This document shows positions 43,533 to 54,043 of a stretch of DNA of 64,000 nucleotides, piece after piece; the first letter of the stretch is position 1, and the number at the start of each line of letters is the position of its first letter. This DNA is from Puniceicoccales bacterium (GTDB lineage: Bacteria > Verrucomicrobiota > Verrucomicrobiia > Opitutales > UBA9783), in contig JAISBA010000004.1 in assembly GCA_031266455.1 (NCBI GenBank), positions 9,814-73,813 on the forward strand, in the 5' to 3' direction. A program made the translations under genes and the position numbers. Under the pieces are notes generated by a model that worked only from the letters and a program-made list of their open reading frames with translations, made no database searches and was not told the DNA's origin.

Positions 43533-45047
43533 TTAAAGCAATGTCGTATTTAAAATCCATGCCAACAATCCCATAACAAATAAAACAAGCACCGACATCC
43601 ACAGCAACCGCAAACTTTTGTCTTCCGTATCGGCCAATCTTTGAATTTGGGACATGAAGGTGAACCGTCCTTTCAGCTTACCTTTTGCCAAAAATCCATC
43701 ATAATTTCTTTGCAACAAATAAGTTTCCAATTGCTTGATGGTATCCAATAAAACACCTACCGTAATTAAAGTTCCAGTACCTCCAAAAAATAAGGCCACT
43801 TTGTAAGGTATTTTGTATAAGAAATACAGCAAATCTGGAAATAAAGCTATGACTGTCAAAAATATTGCACCCGCCAAAGTCAATCGGGTCATGACAAAAT
43901 CTAAAAATTGAGCCGTACCGTCGCCAGGTCGTACACCTGGGATATATCCGCCATTCTTTTTTAAATCATCCGCCACTTGCAGCGGCTTAAACATGATGGA
44001 AACCCAAAAATAACTAAAACCCAATATTAACAAACCGTAAACCGTATAATATAATCCAGACCCCTGCATAAGAATCATGGACCATTTTTGAAATACGCTG
44101 ACATCGAATGCGGCTCCCAAATAGGCTAATAGTTGTTGGGGAAACATGATGAGAGCACTGGCAAAAATCACCGGCATTACCCCTGCGTAATTTACTTTTA
44201 GAGGCAAAAACGAACTCTGTCCTCCATACATTTTACGTCCCACAACACGCTTTGCATACTGAACAACAATCTTCCTCTGGGCCTGCGTAACCGCAATCAT
44301 CGCAGCCACTACGGCAAATAGTAAAACAATCATAAGCAAGCCCTGAAAAAGGCCAAAATGTGTTCCATCTTCCAGTCCCAAAGGTTTTACAAACAAACTT
44401 CCAAATAAATATACGCTTTGAGGTAACCCAGATAGTATACCCACCGTAATCAACAGAGAAATACCATTGCCTACACCGCGTTGCGTAATCTGTTCACCCA
44501 ACCACGTCAAAATGAGCGTTCCTGTCGTTAGCAGCAATGTGGATATAAGCAAAAATGAAAAACCACTGGATAAAGCGATGGGGCCGTAGGTATTCACATC
44601 AAACCCCGGAAATAATTTATCCGGGTAATTAGTAAACGCCATCATCAGTAACCATCCCTGAATAAAACAAATGATTAAAGTGAGATACCGCGTATACTGC
44701 ATCAACCGTTGACGCCCAAATTCTCCCTCCTGTTGTAACTTGGCTAGAGAAGGTAGCATGGCCCCTAACAATTGGAATATAATTGACGCACTGATGTAGG
44801 GCATAATCCCAAGACCAAAAATCGCACCTTTTAGAAAAGCCCCCCCCGTAAATAAGTTGTACAATCCTACCAATTGCCCTCCGCCTAGCATTTTTTGACC
44901 TTCAAAAAAAGATTTTAAAGTTGTGGGATCAATGCCGGGTAATGGAATATTACAACCTATTCTTGCAACAAAGAGTAAAGATAAGGTAAACACGATCCTT
45001 TGCTTTAATTCTGGAATTTTTAAACAATTTAAAAAGGCAGCAATCAT
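43533..45047 (-). CDS. secY: Protein translocase subunit SecY, with about 43-aa C-terminal extension containing an extra hydrophobic helix
   Basis: Canonical SecY runs from IPELKQRIVFTL to the usual end LLQRNYDGFLAKGKLKGR. It is then followed by FTFMSQIQRLADTEDKSLRLLWMSVLVLFVMGLLAWILNTTLL. Confidence 0.9.
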   Translation of the reverse strand: MIAAFLNCLKIPELKQRIVFTLSLLFVARIGCNIPLPGIDPTTLKSFFEGQKMLGGGQLVGLYNLFTGGAFLKGAIFGLGIMPYISASIIFQLLGAMLPSLAKLQQEGEFGRQRLMQYTRYLTLIICFIQGWLLMMAFTNYPDKLFPGFDVNTYGPIALSSGFSFLLISTLLLTTGTLILTWLGEQITQRGVGNGISLLITVGILSGLPQSVYLFGSLFVKPLGLEDGTHFGLFQGLLMIVLLFAVVAAMIAVTQAQRKIVVQYAKRVVGRKMYGGQSSFLPLKVNYAGVMPVIFASALIMFPQQLLAYLGAAFDVSVFQKWSMILMQGSGLYYTVYGLLILGFSYFWVSIMFKPLQVADDLKKNGGYIPGVRPGDGTAQFLDFVMTRLTLAGAIFLTVIALFPDLLYFLYKIPYKVALFFGGTGTLITVGVLLDTIKQLETYLLQRNYDGFLAKGKLKGRFTFMSQIQRLADTEDKSLRLLWMSVLVLFVMGLLAWILNTTLL

Positions 45048-45056
45048 GACTCCAAA

Positions 45057-45503
45057 TTACATCTCAACCAACCGACCACCCGCAGCTTCCAGTTTAGACT
45101 TAGCACTGGCGGTAATTTTATCCACTTTAACGGAAAACGCACGCGTAATTTCTCCATCCCCTAGCAATTTTATAGGCATCGTTTGGGTACAGATCAATCC
45201 TGCCTGAAATAAGACATTGCAATCTACAACACCTGAAAAATCTTCGGCTAATTTCTCTTCCAAATCCGCTAAAGAGATCAGTTGATAGTGCGCTTTAAAC
45301 TTTGCATTATTAAAACCTCTCTTGGGGAAACGACGATAGATCGGAATCCCCGAAAAATTAGTAGGCGTAGAATACCCAGAACGGGCATTCCCTCCCTTAT
45401 TTCCACGAGAAGAAGTCTTCCCATGACCACTTCCACAGCCGCAACCCAAACGTTTTACTTTCTTCGAACGGTCCGCAGTTCTTGGCAACTCACTTAACTT
45501 CAT
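45057..45503 (-). CDS. rplO: 50S ribosomal protein L15
   Basis: MKLSELPR...GCGCGSGHGKTSSRGNKG is the L15 N-terminus. I prefer ATG 45503 because the track start at 45554 overlaps rpsE by 29 nt. Confidence 0.9.
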   Translation of the reverse strand: MKLSELPRTADRSKKVKRLGCGCGSGHGKTSSRGNKGGNARSGYSTPTNFSGIPIYRRFPKRGFNNAKFKAHYQLISLADLEEKLAEDFSGVVDCNVLFQAGLICTQTMPIKLLGDGEITRAFSVKVDKITASAKSKLEAAGGRLVEM

Positions 45504-45525
45504 CCCTAAAGCTCCTCCAATCAGT

Positions 45526-46092
45526 TTACACGCTTCCTTGATCAACGCCCGCACTTCTCAGAGCCATCACCTGCTCTTTTGTACGTAATTTCAACAAGGC
45601 ATCCAACGTTGCACGTACCATGGCGAGATGATTATTGGAACCCAATGACTTGGATAACACATCTTTCACACCAATTACTTCCAATACGGCCCGAACACCT
45701 CCCCCTGCAATAACACCGGTACCTGGGCAAGCGGGTTTCAAAATAACATGCCCGCCGTCTGAACATCCCGTGATAACATGCGGAATCGTAGTGTTGAGTA
45801 AAGAAACTTGAAAAACTCTCTTCTTGGCGTTTCCGCTAGCTTTACGAATAGCATCCGATACTTCTTTAGATTTACCCTGACCAATACCTATCAACCCATT
45901 TTTGTTACCCGCTACCACTAAAACTCCAAAACTAAAACGACGGCCTCCTTTGACAACTTTGGCACAACGATTAATATGGACCACTTTTTCGCTCCAACCT
46001 TGAATCGGTTCCGAAACAAGCAATTCAGATTGACTTCTTAAGCCTTCAAATTCTCGCGTAAAACTACTTTCTTCTTTGACCTTCGTAATCAT
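45526..46092 (-). CDS. rpsE: 30S ribosomal protein S5
   Basis: INRCAKVVKGGRRFSF...VVAGNKNGLIGIGQGKSKEV is S5. I prefer ATG 46092 (MITKVKEE...) because the track start at 46140 overlaps rplR. Confidence 0.9.
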   Translation of the reverse strand: MITKVKEESSFTREFEGLRSQSELLVSEPIQGWSEKVVHINRCAKVVKGGRRFSFGVLVVAGNKNGLIGIGQGKSKEVSDAIRKASGNAKKRVFQVSLLNTTIPHVITGCSDGGHVILKPACPGTGVIAGGGVRAVLEVIGVKDVLSKSLGSNNHLAMVRATLDALLKLRTKEQVMALRSAGVDQGSV

Positions 46093-46102
46093 AAATATTT
46101 TA

Positions 46103-46465
46103 TTAAAAATGAATGCCTTGCGCTCTAACAGCCTCCGCAAAAGCTTTTACGCAACCCTGATACGAACGACCGGAACGATCAAAAACAACCGACAGGGTAC
46201 CCTTTGTTTTCAAATAAGCTCCAAAAGCTTTTCCAAAAACCTCTGAACCGGAATAATTAGGCTTCAAATGTTGTTCTTTTAAATCCTTCGACAAAGAAGA
46301 TAACGCTTCTAGAGTTTTTCCAACCGTATCATCTATGCATTGCGCATACATGTGCTTATTGGAAAGACGTAACGCCAAACGGGGTCGCTCCAGAGTACCC
46401 TTTACCTTTGAACGAATTCTAAAACGTCGATTTTTTTCCAAACGCTGCTTTTCAAATAATTTCAT
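46103..46465 (-). CDS. rplR: 50S ribosomal protein L18
   Basis: RRFRIRSKVKGTLERPRLALRLSNKHMYAQ is the L18 pattern. Confidence 0.95.
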   Translation of the reverse strand: MKLFEKQRLEKNRRFRIRSKVKGTLERPRLALRLSNKHMYAQCIDDTVGKTLEALSSLSKDLKEQHLKPNYSGSEVFGKAFGAYLKTKGTLSVVFDRSGRSYQGCVKAFAEAVRAQGIHF

Positions 46466-46473
46466 ATCTTCAA

Positions 46474-47010
46474 CTAAGCCTTTTTCTTACCTTCCTTATG
46501 ACGAACAAATTCACCTGAAATGCGCACCCCTTTGCCCTTATAAGGCTCAACTGGATAATAATATTTAATGTGTGCGGCAACTTGTCCAACCAAATGTTTA
46601 TCGGCACCTTCCACGTGAACCTTCGTACCATCTTTAACTTGAATTGCAATACCTTCGGGAATTTTGTATTTTATGGCATGGGAAAACCCCAAAGATAAAT
46701 CCAATAGGTTGCCATTTAGAACGGCTTTAAAGCCTACACCTTGTATTTCCAAATCTTTAGAAAATACCTCCTGTACCCCGCGGACCATGTTTGCCAGTAT
46801 GGAACGCGCTGTACCGTGCATGGCCTGCGACAGGCGGTCAGATCCCAAAGGAACGACGGTTAACGTATTGGAATCCTGCTGAATCTTAACGCAAGTAGCA
46901 AACGTCTTTTTTAGAACACCTTTAGGTCCTGTTACCGTAACCTCTGAACCCATAATACTTACCTGAACCTTATCTCCCAAAACAATGGGCAGCTTACCCT
47001 TCCTGCTCAT
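46474..47010 (-). CDS. rplF: 50S ribosomal protein L6
   Basis: MSRKGKLPI...V.V.GPKG is the L6 start. ATG 47010 is preferred over the GTG at 47019 used in the track. Confidence 0.9.
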   Translation of the reverse strand: MSRKGKLPIVLGDKVQVSIMGSEVTVTGPKGVLKKTFATCVKIQQDSNTLTVVPLGSDRLSQAMHGTARSILANMVRGVQEVFSKDLEIQGVGFKAVLNGNLLDLSLGFSHAIKYKIPEGIAIQVKDGTKVHVEGADKHLVGQVAAHIKYYYPVEPYKGKGVRISGEFVRHKEGKKKA

Positions 47011-47012
47011 AC

Positions 47013-47402
47013 TTACCACACTTTACAGATTAACTCACCACCCACACGCATTTGTCTAGCCTGTTGCCCGCTTAAAATACCTCTCGATGTAGACAAAATA
47101 CATATGCCTAATCCACTCAACACACTTGGAATTTTATCTTTCCTGACATACCAACGTGCACCCGGCTTACTGCAACGTTTTAGAACATTTAAAACCGAAA
47201 TCCCCTTTACATACTTCAATTGAATTTCCAAATTTTTAAACCCATTTTCGTTGCAAATCTCATTTACATTCGCAATATAGCCTTCTTGTTTTAAAAGCAA
47301 AGCCACCTCTTTACGCATATTTGAAAATTGTGCTTTACACGCCGATTTTTGCGCACGAACCGCATTACGAATTATCGTCAAAAAATCACCTATCGTATCC
47401 AT
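47013..47402 (-). CDS. rpsH: 30S ribosomal protein S8
   Basis: MDTIGDFLTIIRNA, and an ending of ...GGELICKVW. Confidence 0.95.
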   Translation of the reverse strand: MDTIGDFLTIIRNAVRAQKSACKAQFSNMRKEVALLLKQEGYIANVNEICNENGFKNLEIQLKYVKGISVLNVLKRCSKPGARWYVRKDKIPSVLSGLGICILSTSRGILSGQQARQMRVGGELICKVW

Positions 47403-47406
47403 ATTT

Positions 47407-47712
47407 TCACCAAGAAGCCTTTGTTACACCCGGCAGTAAACCCTTCAATGCAAATTCACGCAAAGTTAAACGCGAAACACCAAATTTCCTAAAGTATCCA
47501 CGCGCACGCCCTGTAATTGAACAGCGATTCCGCACACGCACACGTGAAGAATTTCTAGGCAACAAAGACAATTCACGTTGAACTTTAAAAAATTCATCAT
47601 CCGAAACCTCTAAATCTAATAACTTAGACTTCAATGCCTGACGTTTCTCCAAATGTTTCTCAACCAAACACACACGCTTTTTATTCCGCTCGACAGAAGA
47701 TTTTTTCGCCAT
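47407..47712 (-). CDS. rpsN: 30S ribosomal protein S14 (long, non-zinc form)
   Basis: 101 aa ending in [21 protein letters not shown]. It has one Cys only, so it is the C-minus type. Confidence 0.95.
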   Translation of the reverse strand: MAKKSSVERNKKRVCLVEKHLEKRQALKSKLLDLEVSDDEFFKVQRELSLLPRNSSRVRVRNRCSITGRARGYFRKFGVSRLTLREFALKGLLPGVTKASW

Positions 47713-47720
47713 AAAATTCC

Positions 47721-48281
47721 TTACTTCCTAAATACTACGCCTAATCCTTCCAATAAACTTAAACCCTCTTTGTCGGAACGCGCAGTCGTTACGATGGCAA
47801 TATCCATCCCAATATTCTGCCGATTGCTGGATTCCACCTTAATTTCTGGGAAAATAGTATGATCTACTATACCCACATTTAAATTACCTCGACGATCCAT
47901 TTTCTTGGACACACCCCTAAAATCCCGAATCACCGGCAATGCAATGTTGATTAAACGATATAAAAAGTCGTACATGCGATTTCCTCGCAAGGTTACTTTA
48001 ACGCCGTTGGGTACCCCTTGTCGCAGTTTAAAATTTGAAATACTCTTTTTGGCCTTCGTAATCAAAGGCTTCTGTCCAGTTATCAGGCTCACTTCCTTAA
48101 CCAATTGTTCCACATGTGCCTTATCGGCATCCGCATTAATTCTAGAATTTAAAACAACCTTCTCAACCTTTGGCACAACGTGAATATTGCCATAACCAAA
48201 TTGTTTTTTCAAATTTGGAACCACTTGCTTAAAATAATAATCCTTCAATGCAGGTACCATTTTCATTTGATTACTTTCCAT
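47721..48281 (-). CDS. rplE: 50S ribosomal protein L5
   Basis: [34 protein letters not shown] is the L5 pattern. Confidence 0.95.
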   Translation of the reverse strand: MESNQMKMVPALKDYYFKQVVPNLKKQFGYGNIHVVPKVEKVVLNSRINADADKAHVEQLVKEVSLITGQKPLITKAKKSISNFKLRQGVPNGVKVTLRGNRMYDFLYRLINIALPVIRDFRGVSKKMDRRGNLNVGIVDHTIFPEIKVESSNRQNIGMDIAIVTTARSDKEGLSLLEGLGVVFRK

Positions 48282-48306
48282 TTAAAAACATCCTTTATAT
48301 ATCCCA

Positions 48307-48579
48307 TCACTTCACCAAAGGTGCTGACCGCTTTTGAGTTCTTCTCTCCACTTCCGCCAAGGACATAACATTGGAATAATGAATCGGCATTTCTTTTTCC
48401 ACAATGCTTCCCGTAGCATTCTCCTGCGTCTTCTTCAAATGCTTTTTGCGCAAATTGACACCTTCCACAAGCACCTTCTGCGTTTCGCGAAAAACTTTTA
48501 AAATTTTCCCCTTTTTTCCCTTGTGAGCCCCCGAAATAACAACAACCTCACTGTCTTTTTTTAAATTATACTTCATCAT
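48307..48579 (-). CDS. rplX: 50S ribosomal protein L24
   Basis: A KOW motif ([24 protein letters not shown]). It overlaps the rplN stop by 4 nt. Confidence 0.9.
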   Translation of the reverse strand: MMKYNLKKDSEVVVISGAHKGKKGKILKVFRETQKVLVEGVNLRKKHLKKTQENATGSIVEKEMPIHYSNVMSLAEVERRTQKRSAPLVK

Positions 48580-48941
48580 ATAACCTCTGGAGCCAACGAA
48601 ATAATCTTCATAAAATTCTTTTGACGTAATTCACGAGCGATGGGACCAAATACACGTGTCCCCTTCGGGTTGTTATTACCATCAATAATGATGCAGGCAT
48701 TTGTATCAAACCGCAAAAAACTCCCATCTTTGCGAGCAATGGGATGTTTGGTTCTAACAATTACAGCACGCACAACACTTCCCTTTTTTACACTTGCCTC
48801 CGGAGTACTTTCTTTAACGGCCGCAATAATTATGTCCCCCACTTTAGCGGTACGTTTATTTTGACCTAAACGACGGATCATGGCTACATGTTTTGCCCCC
48901 GTATTATCCGCAACCTCCAATCGACTATTCATCTGCAACAT
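48576..48941 (-). CDS. rplN: 50S ribosomal protein L14
   Basis: [17 protein letters not shown], and an ending of ...IISLAPEVI. Confidence 0.95.
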   Translation of the reverse strand: MLQMNSRLEVADNTGAKHVAMIRRLGQNKRTAKVGDIIIAAVKESTPEASVKKGSVVRAVIVRTKHPIARKDGSFLRFDTNACIIIDGNNNPKGTRVFGPIARELRQKNFMKIISLAPEVI

Positions 48942-48950
48942 AACCCACCT

Positions 48951-49220
48951 TTACGCTTGAACTTTTTCCAATACACGAACAACGCGCCAACGCTTCATGT
49001 GACTCAGAGGACGTGTGGACATAATCTCTACCCTATCTCCCACATTGCAAACGTTATCAGCATCGTGGACATGTAATACCGTTTTACGCTTTATCTCTTT
49101 ACGATAAAGGTTATGGGGCCGTTTATAAAAGAAAACGACCTTAATCGATTTATCTCCCGAACGACTTGCAACGCTTCCCACCAAAATTTTACGCTGCTTT
49201 CTCTCTACCAAACGATTCAT
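48951..49220 (-). CDS. rpsQ: 30S ribosomal protein S17
   Basis: LVGSVASRSGDKSIKVVF...HVHD..N....GD.V.I...RPLS..K.W. Confidence 0.9.
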   Translation of the reverse strand: MNRLVERKQRKILVGSVASRSGDKSIKVVFFYKRPHNLYRKEIKRKTVLHVHDADNVCNVGDRVEIMSTRPLSHMKRWRVVRVLEKVQA

Positions 49221-49244
49221 ATATACAAACGCATTTTCTATATT

Positions 49245-49439
49245 TTAAGCCTGCGTAATCTGCCGAGACAATGCCATCTTCATGCGTGCTATGTCTTTGC
49301 GTAAGCTGCGCATCACCGAAGGACTTTTAAGCTGCCCCAATCCTTTTTTCATTCGCAATTCAAAATACTGTTGCGAAAACTCAGCAACTCGTTCACGCAT
49401 TTCTCCCGGTGTTAACTTTAAAATGTCCTTAGTTTTCAT
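49245..49439 (-). CDS. rpmC: 50S ribosomal protein L29
   Basis: 64 aa. The L29 pattern LRMKKGLGQLKSPSVMRSLRKDIARMK, and it sits between rplP and rpsQ. Confidence 0.9.
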   Translation of the reverse strand: MKTKDILKLTPGEMRERVAEFSQQYFELRMKKGLGQLKSPSVMRSLRKDIARMKMALSRQITQA

Positions 49440-49452
49440 TACAAAATCTTAC

Positions 49453-49884
49453 TCAAAAACGTTGCACCAAAGTTTCTCGACTTAGAAAACGGCACCGAAG
49501 GCCCAATTTTCTATCCGCCAAACTCATGGCTTCCCTGGCTATGGCCAACGAAATTCCCGCCAATTCAAACAAAATAGCACCTGGTTTTGCCACGGCTACC
49601 CAATATTCTACATTTCCCTTACCTTTGCCCATACGTGTTTCAGCGGGCTTCTTTGTGATTGGTTTTTGGGGAAATACACGCATCCACATTTTCCCTTTTC
49701 TTTTTAAATGTCGGTTAATTGCAACGCGCGCAGCTTCCAATTGTGCGGCTGTAATTTTTCCTCGTTCCATAACCTGAATGCCAAAATCTCCAAAAGCTAA
49801 CGCGCTACCCCTTTTCGCATTACCGTATATACGCCCCTTCTGGACTTTACGATATTTTGTCTTAGCTGGAAGTAAAATCGCCAT
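49453..49884 (-). CDS. rplP: 50S ribosomal protein L16
   Basis: [15 protein letters not shown]...FGDFGIQ...RMGKGKG. Confidence 0.95.
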   Translation of the reverse strand: MAILLPAKTKYRKVQKGRIYGNAKRGSALAFGDFGIQVMERGKITAAQLEAARVAINRHLKRKGKMWMRVFPQKPITKKPAETRMGKGKGNVEYWVAVAKPGAILFELAGISLAIAREAMSLADRKLGLRCRFLSRETLVQRF

Positions 49885-49896
49885 ATAAACCCTACT

Positions 49897-50520
49897 TTAA
49901 TTATTACCGTGACAAATCCAACATTTTACGCCAATGGTGCCGTAAACGGTTTGCGCTTCGTTAAAACCATAATCCACGTCGGCACGTAACGTATGCAAAG
50001 GCACACTTCCCGCCCGCTGCGACTCCGTTCTCGCGATTTCAGCCCCACCTAAACGACCGGAACACTGCACACGAATACCTTTGGCACCCATGCTCATTGC
50101 CAATTGAATGGCCTTTTTCATGGCGCGTCTAAATGAAACTCTTTTCTCCAATTGCAGGGCAACATTTTCCGCCACCAGTTGAGCTATTAAGTCGGGATTC
50201 TTAAGATCTTGCACGTCCAACAAGACATCTTTGCACACCAACTTTTGCAACTGATCCTTAATTTTTTCAAGTTCCTGACCTTTCCTGCCGATAATAATCC
50301 CCGGACGACCACTTAAGACGGTAATTCTGATGCGAGAGCCCGCACGTTCCAACAAAACATCTTGTACGGAAGCATAACGTAACTTTTTGTGTAAAAACTC
50401 GCGAATCTTGTAATCTTCGGCAATCCACAAAGCATAACGCCCCCCTGCGGCATACCAACGCGAACGCCAATCTCTACGTACCGAAAGACGAAAACCAATA
50501 GGATTTACTTTTTGTCCCAT
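49897..50520 (-). CDS. rpsC: 30S ribosomal protein S3
   Basis: MGQKVNPIGFRL start, a KH domain and GRLGGAEIAR. Confidence 0.95.
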   Translation of the reverse strand: MGQKVNPIGFRLSVRRDWRSRWYAAGGRYALWIAEDYKIREFLHKKLRYASVQDVLLERAGSRIRITVLSGRPGIIIGRKGQELEKIKDQLQKLVCKDVLLDVQDLKNPDLIAQLVAENVALQLEKRVSFRRAMKKAIQLAMSMGAKGIRVQCSGRLGGAEIARTESQRAGSVPLHTLRADVDYGFNEAQTVYGTIGVKCWICHGNN

Positions 50521-50523
50521 AAT

Positions 50524-50883
50524 TTACTTCTTACCATCTTTTTCAATCTCATCCTTGGAGGTCAATACAATTTTGATATGACTTGTCCGTTTTCGAATAG
50601 GATGGGCTGATCCGCGCGCAACCGCTTGAAACCTTTTGATGGCTGGCCCCTCATTCACAATGGCTTCCGACAAGGTTAACTGGTCCATGGATAAATTAAA
50701 ATTATTTTCAGCATTTGCCACGGCACTTTTTAAAGTTTTAAACATCAAACGAGCCGATTTTCTAGGAATCCATCTTAAACTTTGCAAAGCACCATCCGCA
50801 GACATACCCACTAAATTTTTCGCCAAAGCACGCACCTTTAATGGGGAAATTCGCACGTATTTTGTAATAGCTTGAACTTTCAT
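50524..50883 (-). CDS. rplV: 50S ribosomal protein L22
   Basis: [27 protein letters not shown] and [11 protein letters not shown]. Confidence 0.95.
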   Translation of the reverse strand: MKVQAITKYVRISPLKVRALAKNLVGMSADGALQSLRWIPRKSARLMFKTLKSAVANAENNFNLSMDQLTLSEAIVNEGPAIKRFQAVARGSAHPIRKRTSHIKIVLTSKDEIEKDGKK

Positions 50884-51155
50884 AAGGCCTTTTGGGTATG
50901 AGGATTATGCGATTTAAAAGTCCGTGTCGGTGCAAATTCACCCAATTTGTGTCCTACCATATTTTCCGTAATGTAAACCGGGAAAAAACTTTTTCCATTG
51001 TGCACATTAAAATTTAAACCCACAAACTCCGGTGTAATGGTGGACCGACGGGACCAAGTTTGAATGGGCTTTTTATTCCCGGATTTTTGAGATAAATCCA
51101 CCTTATCCATCAATTTTGGATCCACAAAAAAACCTTTCTTCAACGAACGTGCCAT
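50880..51155 (-). CDS. rpsS: 30S ribosomal protein S19
   Basis: [12 protein letters not shown]...[20 protein letters not shown]. Confidence 0.95.
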   Translation of the reverse strand: MARSLKKGFFVDPKLMDKVDLSQKSGNKKPIQTWSRRSTITPEFVGLNFNVHNGKSFFPVYITENMVGHKLGEFAPTRTFKSHNPHTQKAL

Positions 51156-51162
51156 AATCTCT

Positions 51163-52005
51163 TTATCCTCTTTTTACTTTCTTTCCATTACGACGTATTA
51201 AAATATATTTATTGGTAACATTCTTACGTTTCCGTGTGATGTAACCTTTCGCAAGTTGTCCCCACGGCGACACCGGATGATTCCCTCCGCCTGTCTGACC
51301 ACCTCCCATAGGATGATCTACGGGGTTCATGGCTACCCCCCTAACACTGGGTCGACGACCCTTCCAACGCTTACGGCCCGCTTTTCCAAGAATTACATTC
51401 TGGTGATCAATATTACCTACCCTGCCAATCGTGGCCCGACAGCGCGCATCCACCAAACGGATTTCGCCACTGGGCATTTTTAAAGAAGCGTATCCATCTT
51501 CAAGACTCACCAATTCTAATCCAACACCAGCTCCACGGGCCAATTGAGCCCCTTTGCCCGGAATCAATTCAACCGCATGCACCTTCATAGCCAACGGAAT
51601 ACACGACAACGGGAAATTCATTCCAATGCGATAATTGGAAACAGGTTTATCCAAACTCACCACGGAATCACCGATCGCCAGGCCTTCGGGCGCTAAAATA
51701 TAACGCTTTTCTCCATCAATGTACTTCAAAAGCGCCAAATGCGCAGAACGGTTTGGATCATATTCTATGGACTCTACTGTTGCGGCAACATTATACTTAT
51801 CTCTTTTAAAATCAACCAAACGATACAAACGTTTGTGCCCACCTCCACGATGACGACACGTAACACGTCCGTAACAGTTACGCCCACGATTGTATTGAAA
51901 ACCCTCCGTTAATTTTGGTTCCGGTTCTTTTTTGGACGTCCACGACTTATTTTTTACCAAAAATCGCTGTCCTGGCGTCAAAGGCATACTTTTTATCAAT
52001 ATCAT
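51163..52005 (-). CDS. rplB: 50S ribosomal protein L2
   Basis: [12 protein letters not shown], and [18 protein letters not shown]. Confidence 0.95.
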   Translation of the reverse strand: MILIKSMPLTPGQRFLVKNKSWTSKKEPEPKLTEGFQYNRGRNCYGRVTCRHRGGGHKRLYRLVDFKRDKYNVAATVESIEYDPNRSAHLALLKYIDGEKRYILAPEGLAIGDSVVSLDKPVSNYRIGMNFPLSCIPLAMKVHAVELIPGKGAQLARGAGVGLELVSLEDGYASLKMPSGEIRLVDARCRATIGRVGNIDHQNVILGKAGRKRWKGRRPSVRGVAMNPVDHPMGGGQTGGGNHPVSPWGQLAKGYITRKRKNVTNKYILIRRNGKKVKRG

Positions 52006-52018
52006 ACCAATTTTACCC

Positions 52019-52321
52019 TTACATCATATCAATCTTATAGCCTTTTGCCAAAACAACCATCGCTTTTTTCATACCTCCCACATAACCGGGACGAGTACGC
52101 CGCGTGCGACTGCGCCTTACTTTAGCTTTCCTATTTAAAATCCGAACCTTTTTGACCTTCACCTTGAACGCGTTTTCCACCGCCATTTTTACTTCTGAAC
52201 GGTTTGCTTCTCGAACAATTTCAAAGGTATAACATGTATCTTTCGACGTTAATAAGCTTGCTTTCTCCGTTACCCTACTCTCTTTTACTACTTTACAAGG
52301 CTCTATCATAGCAACTTTCAT
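52019..52321 (-). CDS. rplW: 50S ribosomal protein L23
   Basis: TEKASLLTSKDTCYTFEIVREANRSEVKMAVENAFKVKVKKV. Confidence 0.9.
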   Translation of the reverse strand: MKVAMIEPCKVVKESRVTEKASLLTSKDTCYTFEIVREANRSEVKMAVENAFKVKVKKVRILNRKAKVRRSRTRRTRPGYVGGMKKAMVVLAKGYKIDMM

Positions 52322-52328
52322 ATTTCCA

Positions 52329-52952
52329 TCAACCCATTCGATCTAAAAATAAGAGTAATGCACGTTCGGTGACCAATATGCTGGCATAACGGCACAAATC
52401 CAACGCATTCAAAGAGGACGTATCAACCGTATATACACGATCTAAATTGCGCGCAGACAGCAAAATGTTTTTTTCAAATTCGTTATCAATCAACAAAATT
52501 TTACCCTTAACCATCCAATTATGCAACCATTGTACCATTAAAGAAGTTTTAGGACAATCAAACTGCCTTAATCCCTCAAAAACCGATAACTTACCTTCGG
52601 AAACCGTATCAAACAAAGCACGTTGCAGGGCCAATTTTTTTTCCTTTTTATTGATGGAAACAGAAAAATCTCGCGGCTTTGGACCAAAAACAACACCTCC
52701 TCCTCGGCAAATTGGACTTCTTTTTTCACCTCGACGCGCCATGCCAGTCCCCTTCTGCCGGTAGGGCTTTTTCCCAGACCCTTGCACATCACCGCGCGTT
52801 TTTGTACAAGCATTCCCATGGCGCAAATTGGATTGATAAGCCAATATTACATCTTTCAATGTTTGAAGACCCTGATTTTTTTCAAATGTAGGAATGTTGT
52901 ACTCTCGTTCTTCTCGAAAAACGCCATCAACACCATAAAAATTAACCTTCAT
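52329..52952 (-). CDS. rplD: 50S ribosomal protein L4
   Basis: TKTRGDVQGSGKKPYRQKGTGMARRG..RSPICRGGGVVFGPKPRDF. Confidence 0.95.
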   Translation of the reverse strand: MKVNFYGVDGVFREEREYNIPTFEKNQGLQTLKDVILAYQSNLRHGNACTKTRGDVQGSGKKPYRQKGTGMARRGEKRSPICRGGGVVFGPKPRDFSVSINKKEKKLALQRALFDTVSEGKLSVFEGLRQFDCPKTSLMVQWLHNWMVKGKILLIDNEFEKNILLSARNLDRVYTVDTSSLNALDLCRYASILVTERALLLFLDRMG

Positions 52953-52963
52953 ACGCTTTTCCC

Positions 52964-53596
52964 CTATGCTCGCTTGGCTTGCCTTATCATGACGAAACTC
53001 CCTTTAAAACCAGGAATGCTTCCCTTTACCAAGATCAAACCTTTTTCTGGCACCGTTCTAACAATCACTAAATTCTGTACAGTCGTACGTACTGCCCCCA
53101 TATGTCCCGGCATTTTTTGATTCTTGGTGATATGCCCCATGCGACGAAAATGACCAAATCCACCACCACGTCTGTGCGACATGGAGCCGTGAGTAGCGCG
53201 TCCTCCGGCAAAATTATAACGCTTCACAAGTCCCTGAAAGCCCTTGCCCTTCGATTGGGCAATGATGTCAACTTTTTGGCCCTCCTTGAAAAGATCAACC
53301 CCCAATGTCTGCCCCAATGAAAAACGGCCTACATCTTCTGTGGTAAATTCTCTAAAGGAAGCCAATTTATCCTGCACTCCAGCTTTTCCCAAATGACCTA
53401 TAACGGACTTACCCACATGGTTTTTTTCCTGATAGGCAAATTGTATCCCATTGTATCCATCTGTTTTTTTCGTCTTAATCTGAGTAATTTTACAGGGTTC
53501 CGCCAAAATGACCGTAACAGGCAACAAACAACTGTTCTTGTCAAACAACTGCGTCATACCTATTTTTTTCCCTACAATTAATAATCTATCTTGCAT
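52964..53596 (-). CDS. rplC: 50S ribosomal protein L3
   Basis: GKKIGMTQLF...PVTVI, and GKGFQG..KR..F.GG.ATHG. Confidence 0.95.
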   Translation of the reverse strand: MQDRLLIVGKKIGMTQLFDKNSCLLPVTVILAEPCKITQIKTKKTDGYNGIQFAYQEKNHVGKSVIGHLGKAGVQDKLASFREFTTEDVGRFSLGQTLGVDLFKEGQKVDIIAQSKGKGFQGLVKRYNFAGGRATHGSMSHRRGGGFGHFRRMGHITKNQKMPGHMGAVRTTVQNLVIVRTVPEKGLILVKGSIPGFKGSFVMIRQAKRA

Positions 53597-53687
53597 AACA
53601 TTAAGCGGTCTATCGTCGTTTTCCTATACCATACCTACACTTGACACAAAATAAATACACCTTTCCTGTCAACGTTATTTAAAAAAT

Positions 53688-53996
53688 TTAAAGATGAATT
53701 GCAATCTCGATACCTGCGGGCAGATTCAACTTCTTCAAATCGTCCACCGTTTGTGGCGTAGGATCTATAATTATAATCAGGCGACTGTGGGTACGTAGTT
53801 CAAATTGATCCATAGATTTTTTATCGACGTGCGGCGAACGATTCACCGAAAATCGTTCAATTTTAATAGGCATGGGAATAGGTCCACAAATTCTGGAACC
53901 CGACCTCTTGGCCGTATCAACAATTTCAAACGTAGACTGATCGACCGTACGATAATCAAATCCTTTTAACTTTATTCTAATTTTTTGCCCAGCCAT
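53688..53996 (-). CDS. rpsJ: 30S ribosomal protein S10
   Basis: [17 protein letters not shown]...GPIPMP...[21 protein letters not shown]. Confidence 0.95.
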   Translation of the reverse strand: MAGQKIRIKLKGFDYRTVDQSTFEIVDTAKRSGSRICGPIPMPIKIERFSVNRSPHVDKKSMDQFELRTHSRLIIIIDPTPQTVDDLKKLNLPAGIEIAIHL

Positions 53997-54043
53997 CTGA
54001 ATTCTTTCTTTAATTTTTTGCGAATATTTTATCCCACATCCTA

